This document shows positions 27,976 to 38,638 of a stretch of 64,000 nt of DNA, piece by piece. A program made the position numbers and the translations under genes. The notes beneath the pieces are model-generated. The model did no database searches. It was not told the origin of the DNA and was given only the letters and a program-made list of their open reading frames with translations. Within the stretch, counting starts at the first letter, position 1, and each line of letters starts with the position of its first letter. This stretch comes from Chloroflexota bacterium (GTDB lineage: Bacteria > Chloroflexota > Chloroflexia > Chloroflexales > Roseiflexaceae): positions 15,500 to 79,499 of the forward strand of contig JBCDFA010000001.1 in assembly GCA_039178835.1 (NCBI GenBank), written 5' to 3'.

Positions 27976-28845
27976 ATGCGTCTTGTTACGTATCGTGATT
28001 CGGAGGGTACACATATTGGTGCACTCAAGGATTCTGTAGTAGTTTCGCTTGATTCTATTGCACCTGATATGCTTACATTCATAGATAGAGGGAGTGAGGC
28101 ACTTACAGCAGCACGTGATGCACTTGAACAGGCTAAGGTGACTACACCACTTAATGATATACAATTGTTAGCACCCATTCCTCGTCCGCGCCAGAATGTC
28201 GTGTGTATTGGCATGAATTATGTGGCCCATGCCATAGAGTCAAACAAAGCACGTGGTTTGGAGCCAAAATTGCCAGAATATCCAGTCTTTTTTACCAAAG
28301 CCCCCAATACTGTATGTGCTTTAGATGATGAGATTCCTCTCGATCCGCGTGTGACAGAACAGATGGATTATGAAGTAGAACTGGCTTTTATTGTCGGTCG
28401 TGGAGGAAAGAACATCTCCCGTAATGATGCCCTCAGCCATGTCTTTGGCTACACAATTGTGAATGATATTTCGGCCCGCGATCTCCAGATAAAGCATCAA
28501 CAGTTCTATAAGAGCAAGAGTCTTGAACGAAGTTGTCCAATGGGTCCCTATATTGTCACTGCCGATGAGATTCCTGATCCTGCGGCATTGAATATCTGTT
28601 TGCGATTAAATGGTGAAACCCGTCAGGAATCCACAACTGGTGATCTCATTTTTAATATCCCGGCGACAATAGAATCATTATCGTTTGGTGCAGTGCTTGA
28701 GGCAGGGACGATTGTTTCTACTGGCACACCAAGTGGTGTAGGTATGGGGAGAACACCACCAGAGTACTTACGCGCTGGTGATATGATGGAGGCTGAGATA
28801 GAAGGAATAGGTATTCTGCGTAACCGCATTGTTGCAGCCAAATAG
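27976..28845 (+). CDS. Fumarylacetoacetate hydrolase (FAH) family protein
   Basis: 289 aa. The YEVELAF...NDISARD...K...GP...TG(T)PSGVG pattern is typical of the FAH/YcgM family. GGAGG RBS. Confidence 0.9.
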   Translation: MRLVTYRDSEGTHIGALKDSVVVSLDSIAPDMLTFIDRGSEALTAARDALEQAKVTTPLNDIQLLAPIPRPRQNVVCIGMNYVAHAIESNKARGLEPKLPEYPVFFTKAPNTVCALDDEIPLDPRVTEQMDYEVELAFIVGRGGKNISRNDALSHVFGYTIVNDISARDLQIKHQQFYKSKSLERSCPMGPYIVTADEIPDPAALNICLRLNGETRQESTTGDLIFNIPATIESLSFGAVLEAGTIVSTGTPSGVGMGRTPPEYLRAGDMMEAEIEGIGILRNRIVAAK

Positions 28846-28982
28846 TTCAATCTGGGAGGACTCAAGATAGTCCTTGGTTTGAAAAGTTAGGCTTAAGTTT
28901 TTATAATGGAGAGTACTAATACTTGTATGACCTTCTTGTATTTGTGCTATTTGTAACCTGAATATTTGGAATAATCATTACT

Positions 28983-29249
28983 ATGACAAGTCAACAAATT
29001 ACTATTTATGGCACTACTTGGTGCGGTGATTGTAAACGGGCTATTCGTGTGTTGGATAACCATGATCTAGGCTACAATTATATCAATATTGAGAATGATG
29101 AGGCAGCCTGTCGGTACGTGGAAGAAGTAAATAATGGGAATCAGAGTGTCCCAACTATCGTTTTTTCTGACGGCTCGATTATGGTTGAGCCATCATCTGC
29201 CAAACTTACAGAAAAACTGGTGTCACTACAGTTGATTACACCATCGTAG
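28983..29249 (+). CDS. Glutaredoxin-like / mycoredoxin-like small thiol-disulfide protein
   Basis: 88 aa. Thioredoxin-fold start ITIYGTTWCGDCKRA (CxxC) and cis-Pro context SVPTIVF. Confidence 0.8.
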   Translation: MTSQQITIYGTTWCGDCKRAIRVLDNHDLGYNYINIENDEAACRYVEEVNNGNQSVPTIVFSDGSIMVEPSSAKLTEKLVSLQLITPS

Positions 29250-29274
29250 TTCTTTCTTTTCTACATATGTATTC

Positions 29275-29304
29275 AGCCCTGGTATCAAACCAGGGCTCTT
29301 TTTT
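29275..29304 (+). terminator. Rho-independent terminator
   Basis: Stem AGCCCTGG / CCAGGGCT with a 7-nt loop, followed by CTTTTTT. It lies 26 nt after the stop at 29249. Confidence 0.65.
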
Positions 29305-29319
29305 ATTTGTTGTCTCTAT

Positions 29320-30114
29320 TCAAGAGTTACCTTCTTCTTCTTCACCCAAGCGAGCAAAGTCAGCAGTCCAATAATGATAATTTCCCGATGGATCATCGGA
29401 TCGATAGCAATATCCTGTACCAACCGCGTCTTGTTCTAGATCGAGAATGTTGACGCGATGCCATCCATCAGGCGGCTCATCCATCCAGAAAGCAACAACC
29501 GTTTGGGCATCTGCAAAACTCACAGCGATATTTTCGCTTGGCCATACCCACGGAAGCTCGCTCCCTGAGAGGCGTTGAGTCAGAGTACGACCGTCTGAAG
29601 AGGTATGTGAGATCATCGCATTTGCAGCCATATCGCAGCTATGCAAGCGCGCCGCAGCAGACAAATCAGGGCTAACTGTGTAAGGTGGTAGGCCATGAGC
29701 AGTGCGAACATCATTAATGGCTGTTGTGAGGAGTTCTTCTGCTTCCTCTTGATCAAGTTCTGCCCATATATCCCTCTCAGGTGTGTTCAAATCAACAGGA
29801 ACGGGTGTAGCGTGAGGTATTGCCGAAACCTGGAGCGGTTTTTGTGTTGATGTATTCGCGGCGAAACGAAGCGATTCGGTGTTTGGTATGACTTCTGATG
29901 CAAGCGTGGGAGCAGCAACATCGGCGGTTGGGAGGGGGATGTCACTGATGCGATGCACTGATTGATTGTGACAAGCAGTAAGTAACACACAGATGAAGAA
30001 AGTTGTTGCTCCAGTTTTGACAGACACCAATGCCTCCTTTGGCGATAGTGTTGCATGTATGTCTTGAACACAATAATGCGCTCTGCATGATACATCATGC
30101 AGAGCGCGTGCCAC
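29320..30114 (-). CDS. Secreted CAP/SCP (YkwD-like) domain protein
   Basis: 264 aa. N-terminal hydrophobic segment with Cys (CVLLTAC). C-terminal CAP motifs (RLHSCDMAANAMISHTSSDG, NILD...VGTGY). Confidence 0.75.
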   Translation of the reverse strand: MARALHDVSCRAHYCVQDIHATLSPKEALVSVKTGATTFFICVLLTACHNQSVHRISDIPLPTADVAAPTLASEVIPNTESLRFAANTSTQKPLQVSAIPHATPVPVDLNTPERDIWAELDQEEAEELLTTAINDVRTAHGLPPYTVSPDLSAAARLHSCDMAANAMISHTSSDGRTLTQRLSGSELPWVWPSENIAVSFADAQTVVAFWMDEPPDGWHRVNILDLEQDAVGTGYCYRSDDPSGNYHYWTADFARLGEEEEGNS

Positions 30115-30146
30115 GATTTTGTCAATCTAGTTACTTTGTGTATTGT

Positions 30147-30710
30147 TTAGCGTTGGCCGAAGTCCTGGGTCCAGTAGTGCCTGAATGTACTATCTTCATC
30201 ATACACATATCCAATGCCAATTTCGTTATAGGTACAATTGAGCATATTTTCTCGATGTCCAGGACTATTAATCCATGCCTCAATGACTTCTTCTGGCGTT
30301 ATATAACCAGCAGCAATATTTTCTCCTGCTGATTGAAAGTCAGTATAGCCTGCTTTTTTCATCCGATCCCATGGCAAATCTCCATTTTGGCTGTTGTGAC
30401 TAAAGTAGTTGTTTTCGGCCATATCGGCACTGTGACCGCGAGCAGCAGCAACTAGTTCTGGTACCATAGTAAGCGTTGAGAGGCAACCATTTGCCTGTCG
30501 ATATTGGTTCGTTAGCGCAATAGCCATCTGCTCAAACTCCGAAGGAGTGATACCTTCACTACCTAACTCTGCTCCTCTTATAATGAGAGGGAGGTTGACA
30601 ATATACTCATCATCAGATGTTTGGCCATGTATATTCGAGGAGAAGAGAAATGTGCTTGAGGAAAGAATTATCCAGGTACTGAGGAGAAAGAGAAGGTGCG
30701 TGCGTTTCAT
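30147..30710 (-). CDS. Secreted CAP/SCP (YkwD-like) domain protein, paralog of the downstream gene
   Basis: The likely start is MKRTHLLFLLSTWIILSSS at 30710, a signal peptide. CAP motifs are present (ARGHSADMAENNYFSHNS, GHRENML....IGIGY). Confidence 0.75.
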   Translation of the reverse strand: MKRTHLLFLLSTWIILSSSTFLFSSNIHGQTSDDEYIVNLPLIIRGAELGSEGITPSEFEQMAIALTNQYRQANGCLSTLTMVPELVAAARGHSADMAENNYFSHNSQNGDLPWDRMKKAGYTDFQSAGENIAAGYITPEEVIEAWINSPGHRENMLNCTYNEIGIGYVYDEDSTFRHYWTQDFGQR

Positions 30711-30921
30711 TGAGTTTCCTTGTATGTAATATTCTGCACACAAAATATTTGTATATGTAAAATTATAGGGCTTGTGTTTTTTGTGGGAATGTTTTTTGTA
30801 GTACACGAGTCCCGTCACGGCTTAGTGCTTTTGTTAACACGTACGTGCATATGTGGTAATGCCCTGAATTTAGGTGACAACAGATATGTGATGCTATACT
30901 CTAAGGAACAACACATGAGGG

Positions 30922-32058
30922 ATGGGCTACAGTATCATGCATTACATACACTACTATCTCGGTTTTAATCTCACTCCTGGTATTGGACCTAGCCGTCTTA
31001 ACAAATTGATTGATTACTTTGGTTCCATTGCTGATGCCTGGAATGCTTCAACATCCGATCTGTGGTCCAGTGGACTAGATCATAAAAGCTGTGAATCTCT
31101 GTTGGCTACACGTAAGCAGGTTGACCTAGAAGCTGAGGTTGAACGAGCAACACAGTTGGGAGTCGATTTAATCTGCATTGAAGATGAGCAGTATCCACCA
31201 TTGCTACGACAAATTGCCCAACCACCACCTCTGCTCTATGTCCGTGGCAATTTTGGTGTGCTGGACGAATCAGCACTTGCTGTAGTTGGTACTCGTAGTC
31301 CCACAAGTTATGGCAAAGAGGCGACTCGACGCGTGGTACACGATCTGTCCAGTGCCGGCATGACAATTGTGAGTGGGTTGGCACTTGGTATCGACAGTGT
31401 TGCTCATAGAGTTGCATTGGAGGCGGGTGGGCGCACGCTTGCAGTCTTGGGTAGTGGTGTGGATGTACCGTATCCAGAACGGAACAGCCGTTTGGCGCAA
31501 GATATTATCGAAAATGGGGCGCTAATTAGCGAATATCCACTGGGGACCAAGCCTACGCCTGCGAATTTTCCGCCACGAAACCGTCTGATTAGTGGACTGT
31601 CGTTAGGGACACTAGTGGCGGAGGCTGGTGCCAGAAGTGGTGCACTTATCACTGTGACATTTGCGCTTGAACAGGGGCGTGATGTCTTTGCTATTCCTGG
31701 TTCAATCTTCAGCCGTACGAGTGCTGGCCCTCATCGCCTGTTGCGTGATGGTGCAGGTCTGGTGGCAGATGCCCAGGATATCCTTGATGCTCTCAATTGG
31801 GATGTTGTAACGCTACAGCAGGAAGCTAAACAAAGTTTGCCAGATGATCCGACCGAAGCCCTATTACTCGAACTCATAGCATATGAACCATGCCATATCG
31901 ATGATCTCAGTCGTGTGAGTAATTTGCCAATTGCGACGATCTCCGCAACACTGGCTATGCTTGAGCTAAAGGGTTTGATTCGTCAGGCGGGGGCTATGCA
32001 GTATGTATTGATGCGCGAAGATCGAGCATCATACAACATTGATTGTGATAGCCCATAA
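30922..32058 (+). CDS. dprA: DNA-processing protein DprA (Smf)
   Basis: 378 aa. Rossmann-like core GLALGIDS.AHR.AL..GG.T.AVLG.G.D..YP..N, then a C-terminal winged-helix region. Confidence 0.9.
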   Translation: MGYSIMHYIHYYLGFNLTPGIGPSRLNKLIDYFGSIADAWNASTSDLWSSGLDHKSCESLLATRKQVDLEAEVERATQLGVDLICIEDEQYPPLLRQIAQPPPLLYVRGNFGVLDESALAVVGTRSPTSYGKEATRRVVHDLSSAGMTIVSGLALGIDSVAHRVALEAGGRTLAVLGSGVDVPYPERNSRLAQDIIENGALISEYPLGTKPTPANFPPRNRLISGLSLGTLVAEAGARSGALITVTFALEQGRDVFAIPGSIFSRTSAGPHRLLRDGAGLVADAQDILDALNWDVVTLQQEAKQSLPDDPTEALLLELIAYEPCHIDDLSRVSNLPIATISATLAMLELKGLIRQAGAMQYVLMREDRASYNIDCDSP

Positions 32059-32107
32059 AAAGAAGTTAGTGTGAGCCGATTTTTCTCACTTTTAGTTTTA
32101 CAGACAA

Positions 32108-33919
32108 CTATTCCTCTCCACGTTGCCATTCGGTAATATTCCATGTTAGTGGTGCAAACGTATCTGGCTGGATGCCTTGAACATTTGGCGCGGCCAGAGT
32201 CACGTTCAATCGCTGAAAGAGTGGCATTGCCGGGATTTCGCGAGTCCACATTTCTTGCTGGTCGATGTAGGCAGCGCGACGTTCTTCTGAATCAAGGGTT
32301 GTAACACCTGTTCGAATAGCCCGATCAGCATTGCGAAAACACCAACCAGAGAAATTCTCACCACGCCAACCGTTCTGTTCGCTTGGGATCGCATTACAAC
32401 TCCACAAAGACAAACCACCTGCGTTGGGGCTAGCACCCCACCCAAATAATGCCATCTCAAATTCGCGTCGTTGTAAAGGCCCTTCAACAGAGAAAAAGTC
32501 TGATGCGGGAACTTCTGTTATGATGACATCTATTCCGATTTCCTGCATATTCTGGGTAAATTGTTCAGCAATAGTGCTACGTACGGGGTTGTTGGTATTA
32601 TCAGTCGTGAGTAGCTCGAGCGTAAGAGGAAATCCTTCGGATGTAGAGCGAATACCATCCTCATCGGTATCAATGTAATCTCCTTCATCAAGGAGTTCTC
32701 GAGCCGCATCGGGATTGTAAGGGTACTGGGTAAGTCCATCGGAAGGAGCAGCCTCTGGTTGATTTGGTAATACCCAGCTATCTAGGACAGGAGTATGTCC
32801 ATCAAAGATGGTATTGACCATTCCCTGTCGATTGGTCCCTAACAAAATAGCACGTCGTACTCGAATATCTTGAAGGAGTTGTACATCCAGATTAAAATCG
32901 ATATGTTCCCAGATTGTATTTGGTGTGTAGGTCACCTGGAGTTGTTCGTTACCCACATCCTGATCGAGTTGTTCAAATTGTTCTGGCACAATTTGATCAG
33001 TCATGGCCACATCTAGATTTCCGTTGAGAATATTGGCACGCAAGAGATCGAGATTCGGAAGGAATGAGATCGCTATTTCGGAGACGGTTGGTGTGGGGCC
33101 AAAGTAGTGTTCATTGCGAACCAGCCGAATCTCACTGGTTGTACGTTCTTCAATAGCATATGGACCATAGCCGATTGGCTGGCGTGCAAAATCGCTGTCT
33201 AGAATCTCTGCCGGTTCCATTCCTTCAAGTAAATGGCGTGGCAGTGGCGTCCAGTAGTTCAGAAAATAAGTGACGCCGGTGAGGTCTGGTTGAAGAATTG
33301 CACGGGTTGTATGTTCATCGATTGCTTCGTATGATACCGTCTGTGCAAGACGATCAATAGCTGTATTGTTTGGTGGTGCAGCGCGAGCCAATTCGTAGGC
33401 AAATACCGAATCTTCGGAGGTAACTGGTGTTCCATCAGACCAGTGCAATTCGGGATTCCAACGATAAGTGACGACCAACTGATCGACTTGGGTAATGACA
33501 TCCGTAACCGTTGTCGTAATTTCGCCTGCCGCATCCAGATACACGTCGACTGGTTGTATTTCTGCCCCGCCATTGTCAAGCGTCGGTATTTGTTCAAGGA
33601 CTTCGGTGGTGGTATAACCGTAACTGTAGGCAAGCACAGGAGCAGGAAAAAGGAGTTCAGTAATAGGACTGGCAACCCGCTCAGTTGTAGGGGATGCATG
33701 ATATGGATATAAATTCTGTGGCTGATTGATCAGACCAATGCTCCATGTATCTTCACGTGCCTCGATAGCTGCCAGCGATTCCTCGTTCGTTGATGCATCA
33801 GGAGGTGTTTCCATGTCTACAGTTGGTGTTGGAACACCACCTTCAATTTCACATGCACTGAGCACTAGACCAAGTATTGTCAATATAGCAATGCAGAAAA
33901 AAATGCGCGAATGTCTCAT
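32108..33919 (-). CDS. ABC transporter substrate-binding lipoprotein, family 5 (peptide/nickel type)
   Basis: 603 aa. Signal peptide plus lipobox (LVLSAC|E). Length and composition fit SBP_bac_5. No permease or ATPase gene is adjacent. Confidence 0.8.
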   Translation of the reverse strand: MRHSRIFFCIAILTILGLVLSACEIEGGVPTPTVDMETPPDASTNEESLAAIEAREDTWSIGLINQPQNLYPYHASPTTERVASPITELLFPAPVLAYSYGYTTTEVLEQIPTLDNGGAEIQPVDVYLDAAGEITTTVTDVITQVDQLVVTYRWNPELHWSDGTPVTSEDSVFAYELARAAPPNNTAIDRLAQTVSYEAIDEHTTRAILQPDLTGVTYFLNYWTPLPRHLLEGMEPAEILDSDFARQPIGYGPYAIEERTTSEIRLVRNEHYFGPTPTVSEIAISFLPNLDLLRANILNGNLDVAMTDQIVPEQFEQLDQDVGNEQLQVTYTPNTIWEHIDFNLDVQLLQDIRVRRAILLGTNRQGMVNTIFDGHTPVLDSWVLPNQPEAAPSDGLTQYPYNPDAARELLDEGDYIDTDEDGIRSTSEGFPLTLELLTTDNTNNPVRSTIAEQFTQNMQEIGIDVIITEVPASDFFSVEGPLQRREFEMALFGWGASPNAGGLSLWSCNAIPSEQNGWRGENFSGWCFRNADRAIRTGVTTLDSEERRAAYIDQQEMWTREIPAMPLFQRLNVTLAAPNVQGIQPDTFAPLTWNITEWQRGEE

Positions 33920-34081
33920 AAGTCTCGTGTGTTCGTTGTATTGTCTTGGGATTGATATGTATTCATCATAGCTGCCAGATTCTACCGCGCATTGCCTGAT
34001 TTGTCCATTTTATGGTAGCTGTAGGAAACGTAATGATTGTGCTATAATAACATTTGTAAAGTCTCCCCATTGGAGCGCCAT

Positions 34082-35419
34082 GTGACCGAGTCTGCAACAA
34101 TTGTAACCGAACATTTACTTGACGATTTAAGTCGCCTGTGTGCTTTACCAGGTCGGGCGGAGTATGACGATGAGCTTGCCATTGTTGCAACGCGCATTGC
34201 GACAATGATGGGCCAACGCGGGTTGCGTACTCACCTTATTCCAACATCAGGTGCACCAGTCGTGATCGGATGGTGTTCTGGTCGTAGCCCATACACACTC
34301 TTGCTCTATCACCACTATGATGTAGCCCCAACCGGTCCCTGGCGTGCATGGCATCACGAACCTTTTCAGCTTGCTGAACGTGACCAAGTGCTTTATGGGC
34401 GCGGTGTTGCAGATGGTAAAGGACCATTGCTTGCACATTTGTCAGCCTTGTCAGCCATCATGGAAGCCGAGGGCGAACTTCCTTGTGGTGTGGTTGTGCT
34501 CGTTGAAGGTGAAGGGTTACAGGGAAGCCCCAGTTTGCCGTTTGCTGTCTCACAGTTGCCCGATGACATGAGAGTGGATGCATGTCTTGCAACGGGTGGT
34601 GAGCGTGATGCAACTGGAATGCCGCTATGCTATACCGGGGTCAAAGGTTGGTTGCATATGCAAATGACAGCAGTGGGGGCAAACCAGACGCTACCGCCTG
34701 GTTTCGCAACAAGCGTTTCAAACCCGCTCTGGCGTCTTGTATGGGCACTGAGTCATATTAAGAATGAAGATGAAGAGATTCTTATCGAAGGATTTTATGA
34801 TTCGATTGAGAGTCCTGATCGTGCGATTAACAAAGCGATTCGCAAAATACACTTAGATGAAGATGGTCGTTTGAGATCGTGGGGAACCGGACAGTTTTTA
34901 TTTACTATGGAAGGTACGTCCCTTACCAGTGCGGAAGCGACGCTTCCGACGTGTAACGTTAGCCGTCTAGTCGTTGAGCCAACCAATGACATTGCAGCAA
35001 TTCCCATGGTAGCTACCACCCGCCTTGATTTTCAGCTTGTTCCTGGTCAAAAGCCACAAGTGGTAGTTGATCTTGTACACAAACATCTCAAGAACAAGGG
35101 GATTACAGATATTACTATTGAGTGGTTTGGCAAATATCCTCCTGCCGCTACACCATTTGACCATGCTTTTGTCAAGCAGGTATGTGATATTGGCCAGCAT
35201 TTGTACGGGATGTCATTGAAATGGTTGCCGCTGGGTGCATTTGCTCAACCGCTCTGTTTTTTTCAAGAGACATTTCAGGCTCCTATTGCGGTGATTGGTT
35301 GTGCACGGCCAGACAGTGCCATCTATGGGCCTAACGAACACATACCACTCAACGATCTGGTGCGCCATGGTCAGTTGTTGATGGAACTGCTTTACTCCTG
35401 TGCGAAGAACGAAGTCTAG
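34082..35419 (+). CDS. M20-family metallopeptidase (dipeptidase/ArgE-DapE-like)
   Basis: LLYHHYDVAP and GRGVADGKGP metal-ligand contexts, plus EGEG. GTG at 34082 has GGAG 6 nt upstream. The ORF is open from 34037. Confidence 0.82.
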   Translation: MTESATIVTEHLLDDLSRLCALPGRAEYDDELAIVATRIATMMGQRGLRTHLIPTSGAPVVIGWCSGRSPYTLLLYHHYDVAPTGPWRAWHHEPFQLAERDQVLYGRGVADGKGPLLAHLSALSAIMEAEGELPCGVVVLVEGEGLQGSPSLPFAVSQLPDDMRVDACLATGGERDATGMPLCYTGVKGWLHMQMTAVGANQTLPPGFATSVSNPLWRLVWALSHIKNEDEEILIEGFYDSIESPDRAINKAIRKIHLDEDGRLRSWGTGQFLFTMEGTSLTSAEATLPTCNVSRLVVEPTNDIAAIPMVATTRLDFQLVPGQKPQVVVDLVHKHLKNKGITDITIEWFGKYPPAATPFDHAFVKQVCDIGQHLYGMSLKWLPLGAFAQPLCFFQETFQAPIAVIGCARPDSAIYGPNEHIPLNDLVRHGQLLMELLYSCAKNEV

Positions 35420-35577
35420 TTACCCCTCTACCTGCCTCACTATACCCGCAGTCACGAACAGCACAGTCTGGACTTGCTGATGTGTACCTTGTATGGTATC
35501 GTGCATCCGTTTTCTGAACGTCACAATACGATTGTAATGAAAAAGAAGCCCATCGCAACGATAGAAGATAGATTCGT

Positions 35578-37695
35578 ATGTCTGCCGGAAGGGTAGCGAA
35601 AACGCAAAAGCGACATCTCGATATGGTGCGTGGTGAGATACCACGGGCTGTAACGCTTTTCCAGGATTGGTGGTTCGCCTCGATCTTGTCTTTAGTGTTG
35701 CTGCTGCTCGTACTGGCTGCCCAGATCCCATTCCAATACACAGTTGAGGTAGGTCAGGAAGATGGTCCGGGTGGTGATCTGCCGACTGTGAGTGGTTTCT
35801 GGCCACCAGAACGCGATACCCATGGTTCATTTCGTTGGACTCGTGATCAGGCTGAGTTTCGTTTCCCCGGTGTGGGGCAGCGACCGTTGCAGGTCTCCAT
35901 GCGTGTCTTGCCGGTCAATGATGAGGTGGCACAGCGTGGCCCACAGGTGATCGAGGTGCGGATGGCAGATCGCCTTATCGGTACGCTGCCAGTACGACCG
36001 CAGGGTGCGACGTATCAGTTTACCTTGCCGCCACCATCTGATGGGAGTGGTGACCATGTTTTCTCGCTACAGACGGCTACCTTTGTACCAACAGGTGATG
36101 AACGTGCTATTGGTACCCCTGTCGATACGATTACGGTATCCGGCATCGGGGGACCTATCTTGCCAGCCTGGCAGAGTTTGCTGTGGTGGTTATTGGCGGT
36201 TAGCATCTGTTGGGTATTACTACGTCTGATCGGTTTTGCTTCACGTGAGACATTCGCATTGCTCCTACCCCTGGTGATGCTGCTTGGCCTTGCAGCGCTC
36301 CTCGATCCACCACGGGTTGCATTTGGCGCATGGCCAGCCGTTGTGGCGCTCGCGCTTGGTGGTGTGGTGGTGCTTGTTTTGCGAACAGCAATGCCTCTGG
36401 CTGCGCGGCGTTTTCGCATCCCTCTGGGAGCAGATGCATTGCGCTGGTTGTTGCTGTTGTCGTTGGCAGTGTTTAGTTTGCGTTATGGTGGCAAGATCTA
36501 TCCAGATTCGATGCCAGGCGATATTGGGTTTCACTCGAATCGCTACGATGATCTGGTGCGTGGAACGGTGCTGCTACTCTCCCGCAATCGCGGCGTTGAC
36601 TTTCCCTATCCGACTGCGCTGTATTTGCTACTCGCACCATTCTCCTTGCTGGGCCTTCCCACGCGTGTGTTGCTTCAGGTCGGTGCTGGCGTCATGGATG
36701 CGATCAGTCCATTTTTGATCTACGCGATTGCCGCCCAGCCGCTGCGGAGAAATGAGGTACCACCAAGCCAGGATTCATCCTTTCCTGTACCACTTATTGC
36801 TGCGGGCATCTACTCATTAAGTGCCGCCGGTTTTATGACAACATGGTGGAATTTTAGCACCCATATTTTCGCTCAGTTTGTCCACCTTTTATTTATGACG
36901 GCTCTTATACTCTGGTGGCGTGGCCAGACCAGTCGTGTATCAGAAGAAGCTACTTCGCAAGGCAGGTTCTCTGTTGCATGGCTTGCGGTCCTTGGTCTTG
37001 TGGTCTTTCAGTCGTTTGTGTATCTGGGTCATTTTGGCTTTTGGATGAATATGGCCCTACTTGGCTCGTTTATTATTCTGATACTGTTTGTTGTCAGTAT
37101 ACGAACAAACGCTAATCAGCGATATTGGCGTACACTGTTTGCCGGGTTTGTGCTGGCCGAGATTATCAGTGTGCTCTTCTTCTATAGCGCCTACACAGGT
37201 ATGTTTGTCGATCAGGCTGTTGCAACGGCTACTGGTGGACTTACCGGACTGGCTGAACGTGATGCAGTGCCATTTGACGTTCTTTGGAGCACACTGTGGG
37301 ATGCCGGCTTTCGGGTGCACTTTGGCTTTCTGCCGGTCCCATTAGCGCTGGCGGGTCTGGCCTTCCTCTGGCAGCGATATCAGCGCACAACTGAGCCACC
37401 TGAACTCAAGCAGCAATCATTGATGATGCCGCTATTGATGACAGGGACTTTTCTGATTGCGACCTTTTTTGCTGTGCTTCCGTTTCTGTCAGGCTCAACC
37501 CTCTCGACGCGCTGGCTGATGTTTTCAGCGTGGGCCATTGCAGTGGGTGCAGCGGTGGCTGCCCGGTATCTCTGGCGAAGTGGATGGGCTGGGCAGATCG
37601 TTGTATGGATGGCGGGCAGCTACATTTTGTGGATTACGCTTAGTCAGTGGTTGGCCGCGCTGGCGTGGCGTGTCCGTCCACCAGAGCCGTTTTGA
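35578..37695 (+). CDS. Large polytopic membrane protein with an N-terminal extracytoplasmic beta-rich module, possibly a GT-C-type glycosyltransferase
   Basis: 705 aa. One TM helix, then a soluble segment of about 150 aa (SFRWTRDQAEFRFPG), then 12 or more TM helices. I see no diagnostic catalytic motif. Confidence 0.6.
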   Translation: MSAGRVAKTQKRHLDMVRGEIPRAVTLFQDWWFASILSLVLLLLVLAAQIPFQYTVEVGQEDGPGGDLPTVSGFWPPERDTHGSFRWTRDQAEFRFPGVGQRPLQVSMRVLPVNDEVAQRGPQVIEVRMADRLIGTLPVRPQGATYQFTLPPPSDGSGDHVFSLQTATFVPTGDERAIGTPVDTITVSGIGGPILPAWQSLLWWLLAVSICWVLLRLIGFASRETFALLLPLVMLLGLAALLDPPRVAFGAWPAVVALALGGVVVLVLRTAMPLAARRFRIPLGADALRWLLLLSLAVFSLRYGGKIYPDSMPGDIGFHSNRYDDLVRGTVLLLSRNRGVDFPYPTALYLLLAPFSLLGLPTRVLLQVGAGVMDAISPFLIYAIAAQPLRRNEVPPSQDSSFPVPLIAAGIYSLSAAGFMTTWWNFSTHIFAQFVHLLFMTALILWWRGQTSRVSEEATSQGRFSVAWLAVLGLVVFQSFVYLGHFGFWMNMALLGSFIILILFVVSIRTNANQRYWRTLFAGFVLAEIISVLFFYSAYTGMFVDQAVATATGGLTGLAERDAVPFDVLWSTLWDAGFRVHFGFLPVPLALAGLAFLWQRYQRTTEPPELKQQSLMMPLLMTGTFLIATFFAVLPFLSGSTLSTRWLMFSAWAIAVGAAVAARYLWRSGWAGQIVVWMAGSYILWITLSQWLAALAWRVRPPEPF

Positions 37696-37762
37696 TCACA
37701 AAGACCAGAAAGAGGTTGATCTCTCTGGTCTGGCCAGTGTATCCTGCTCAATCAGTCCATTT

Positions 37763-38638
37763 TCAATCGGTGGTATTGTCTTCGGAGCCTGTTGCCGCAG
37801 GTCGTGCTGGATCGCTGCTCCAATCACTCCATGAGCCTTCGTAGAGCAGTGCTTCGGGAAAGCCAGCAAGCTCAAGTGCGAGTATGTTATGTGCTGCCGT
37901 CACGCCTGACCCACAGTAGCAAATTACCTTGTCAGCCTGGTTAGCCCCCACGCTAGTGAATCGCTCACGCAATGCTTCAGGGCTTTTGAATGTGCCATCC
38001 GGGTTGAGGTTTTCGCCAAAGAAAGCCTGCCTAGCACCAGGAATGTGACCTGCGTGTGAATCTATTGGTTCGCTGCGTCCTTCGTAACGTTCAGCATTAC
38101 GAGCATCGATGAGCAAGACGCCAGGTGTGTGCCGTAGCCTTTCAACATCATCGGCATTGACCAGCACTTCGGGACGTGGTCGCGGGGTGAAAGTCGTTGG
38201 TGAAATGTTAGGTGCTTCGGTTTCGATAGGGTGACCTGTTGCTTGCCATGCCTGCCAGCCACCATCGAGCATGGAGACCTTTTTGTGTCCCAGATAGCGT
38301 AGCATCCACCAGAGGCGTGCGCCAAATGCGCCGCCGACACTATCGTAGATAACCACATGTGTCTCGGGACTAATACCCGCACGTCCGACTGTTACGGCAA
38401 ACTCTTCGATTGGTGGAAGTGGGTGGCGTCCGGGGCCGTGAAATGGTGGGGCAGCCAAGTCCTGATCGATATCAAGGTGGGGCGCGCCGGGGATGTGCGA
38501 CTCATGATATTCTTGACGGCCCCGACCTGGTTCACCTAAATACCAGCGTGTGTCAACCGGCAGAACGTTTGGGTCGTTGAGGTGTTCGGCCAGCCAGTCA
38601 GCGGTAACCAGCGTTGGGACAGTGTTAGCCTGCGTCAT
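37763..38638 (-). CDS. sseA: Tandem-rhodanese sulfurtransferase (3-mercaptopyruvate/thiosulfate sulfurtransferase)
   Basis: 291 aa with two rhodanese modules. The active-site loop CYCGSGVTA is characteristic of the MST type. Confidence 0.88.
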   Translation of the reverse strand: MTQANTVPTLVTADWLAEHLNDPNVLPVDTRWYLGEPGRGRQEYHESHIPGAPHLDIDQDLAAPPFHGPGRHPLPPIEEFAVTVGRAGISPETHVVIYDSVGGAFGARLWWMLRYLGHKKVSMLDGGWQAWQATGHPIETEAPNISPTTFTPRPRPEVLVNADDVERLRHTPGVLLIDARNAERYEGRSEPIDSHAGHIPGARQAFFGENLNPDGTFKSPEALRERFTSVGANQADKVICYCGSGVTAAHNILALELAGFPEALLYEGSWSDWSSDPARPAATGSEDNTTD

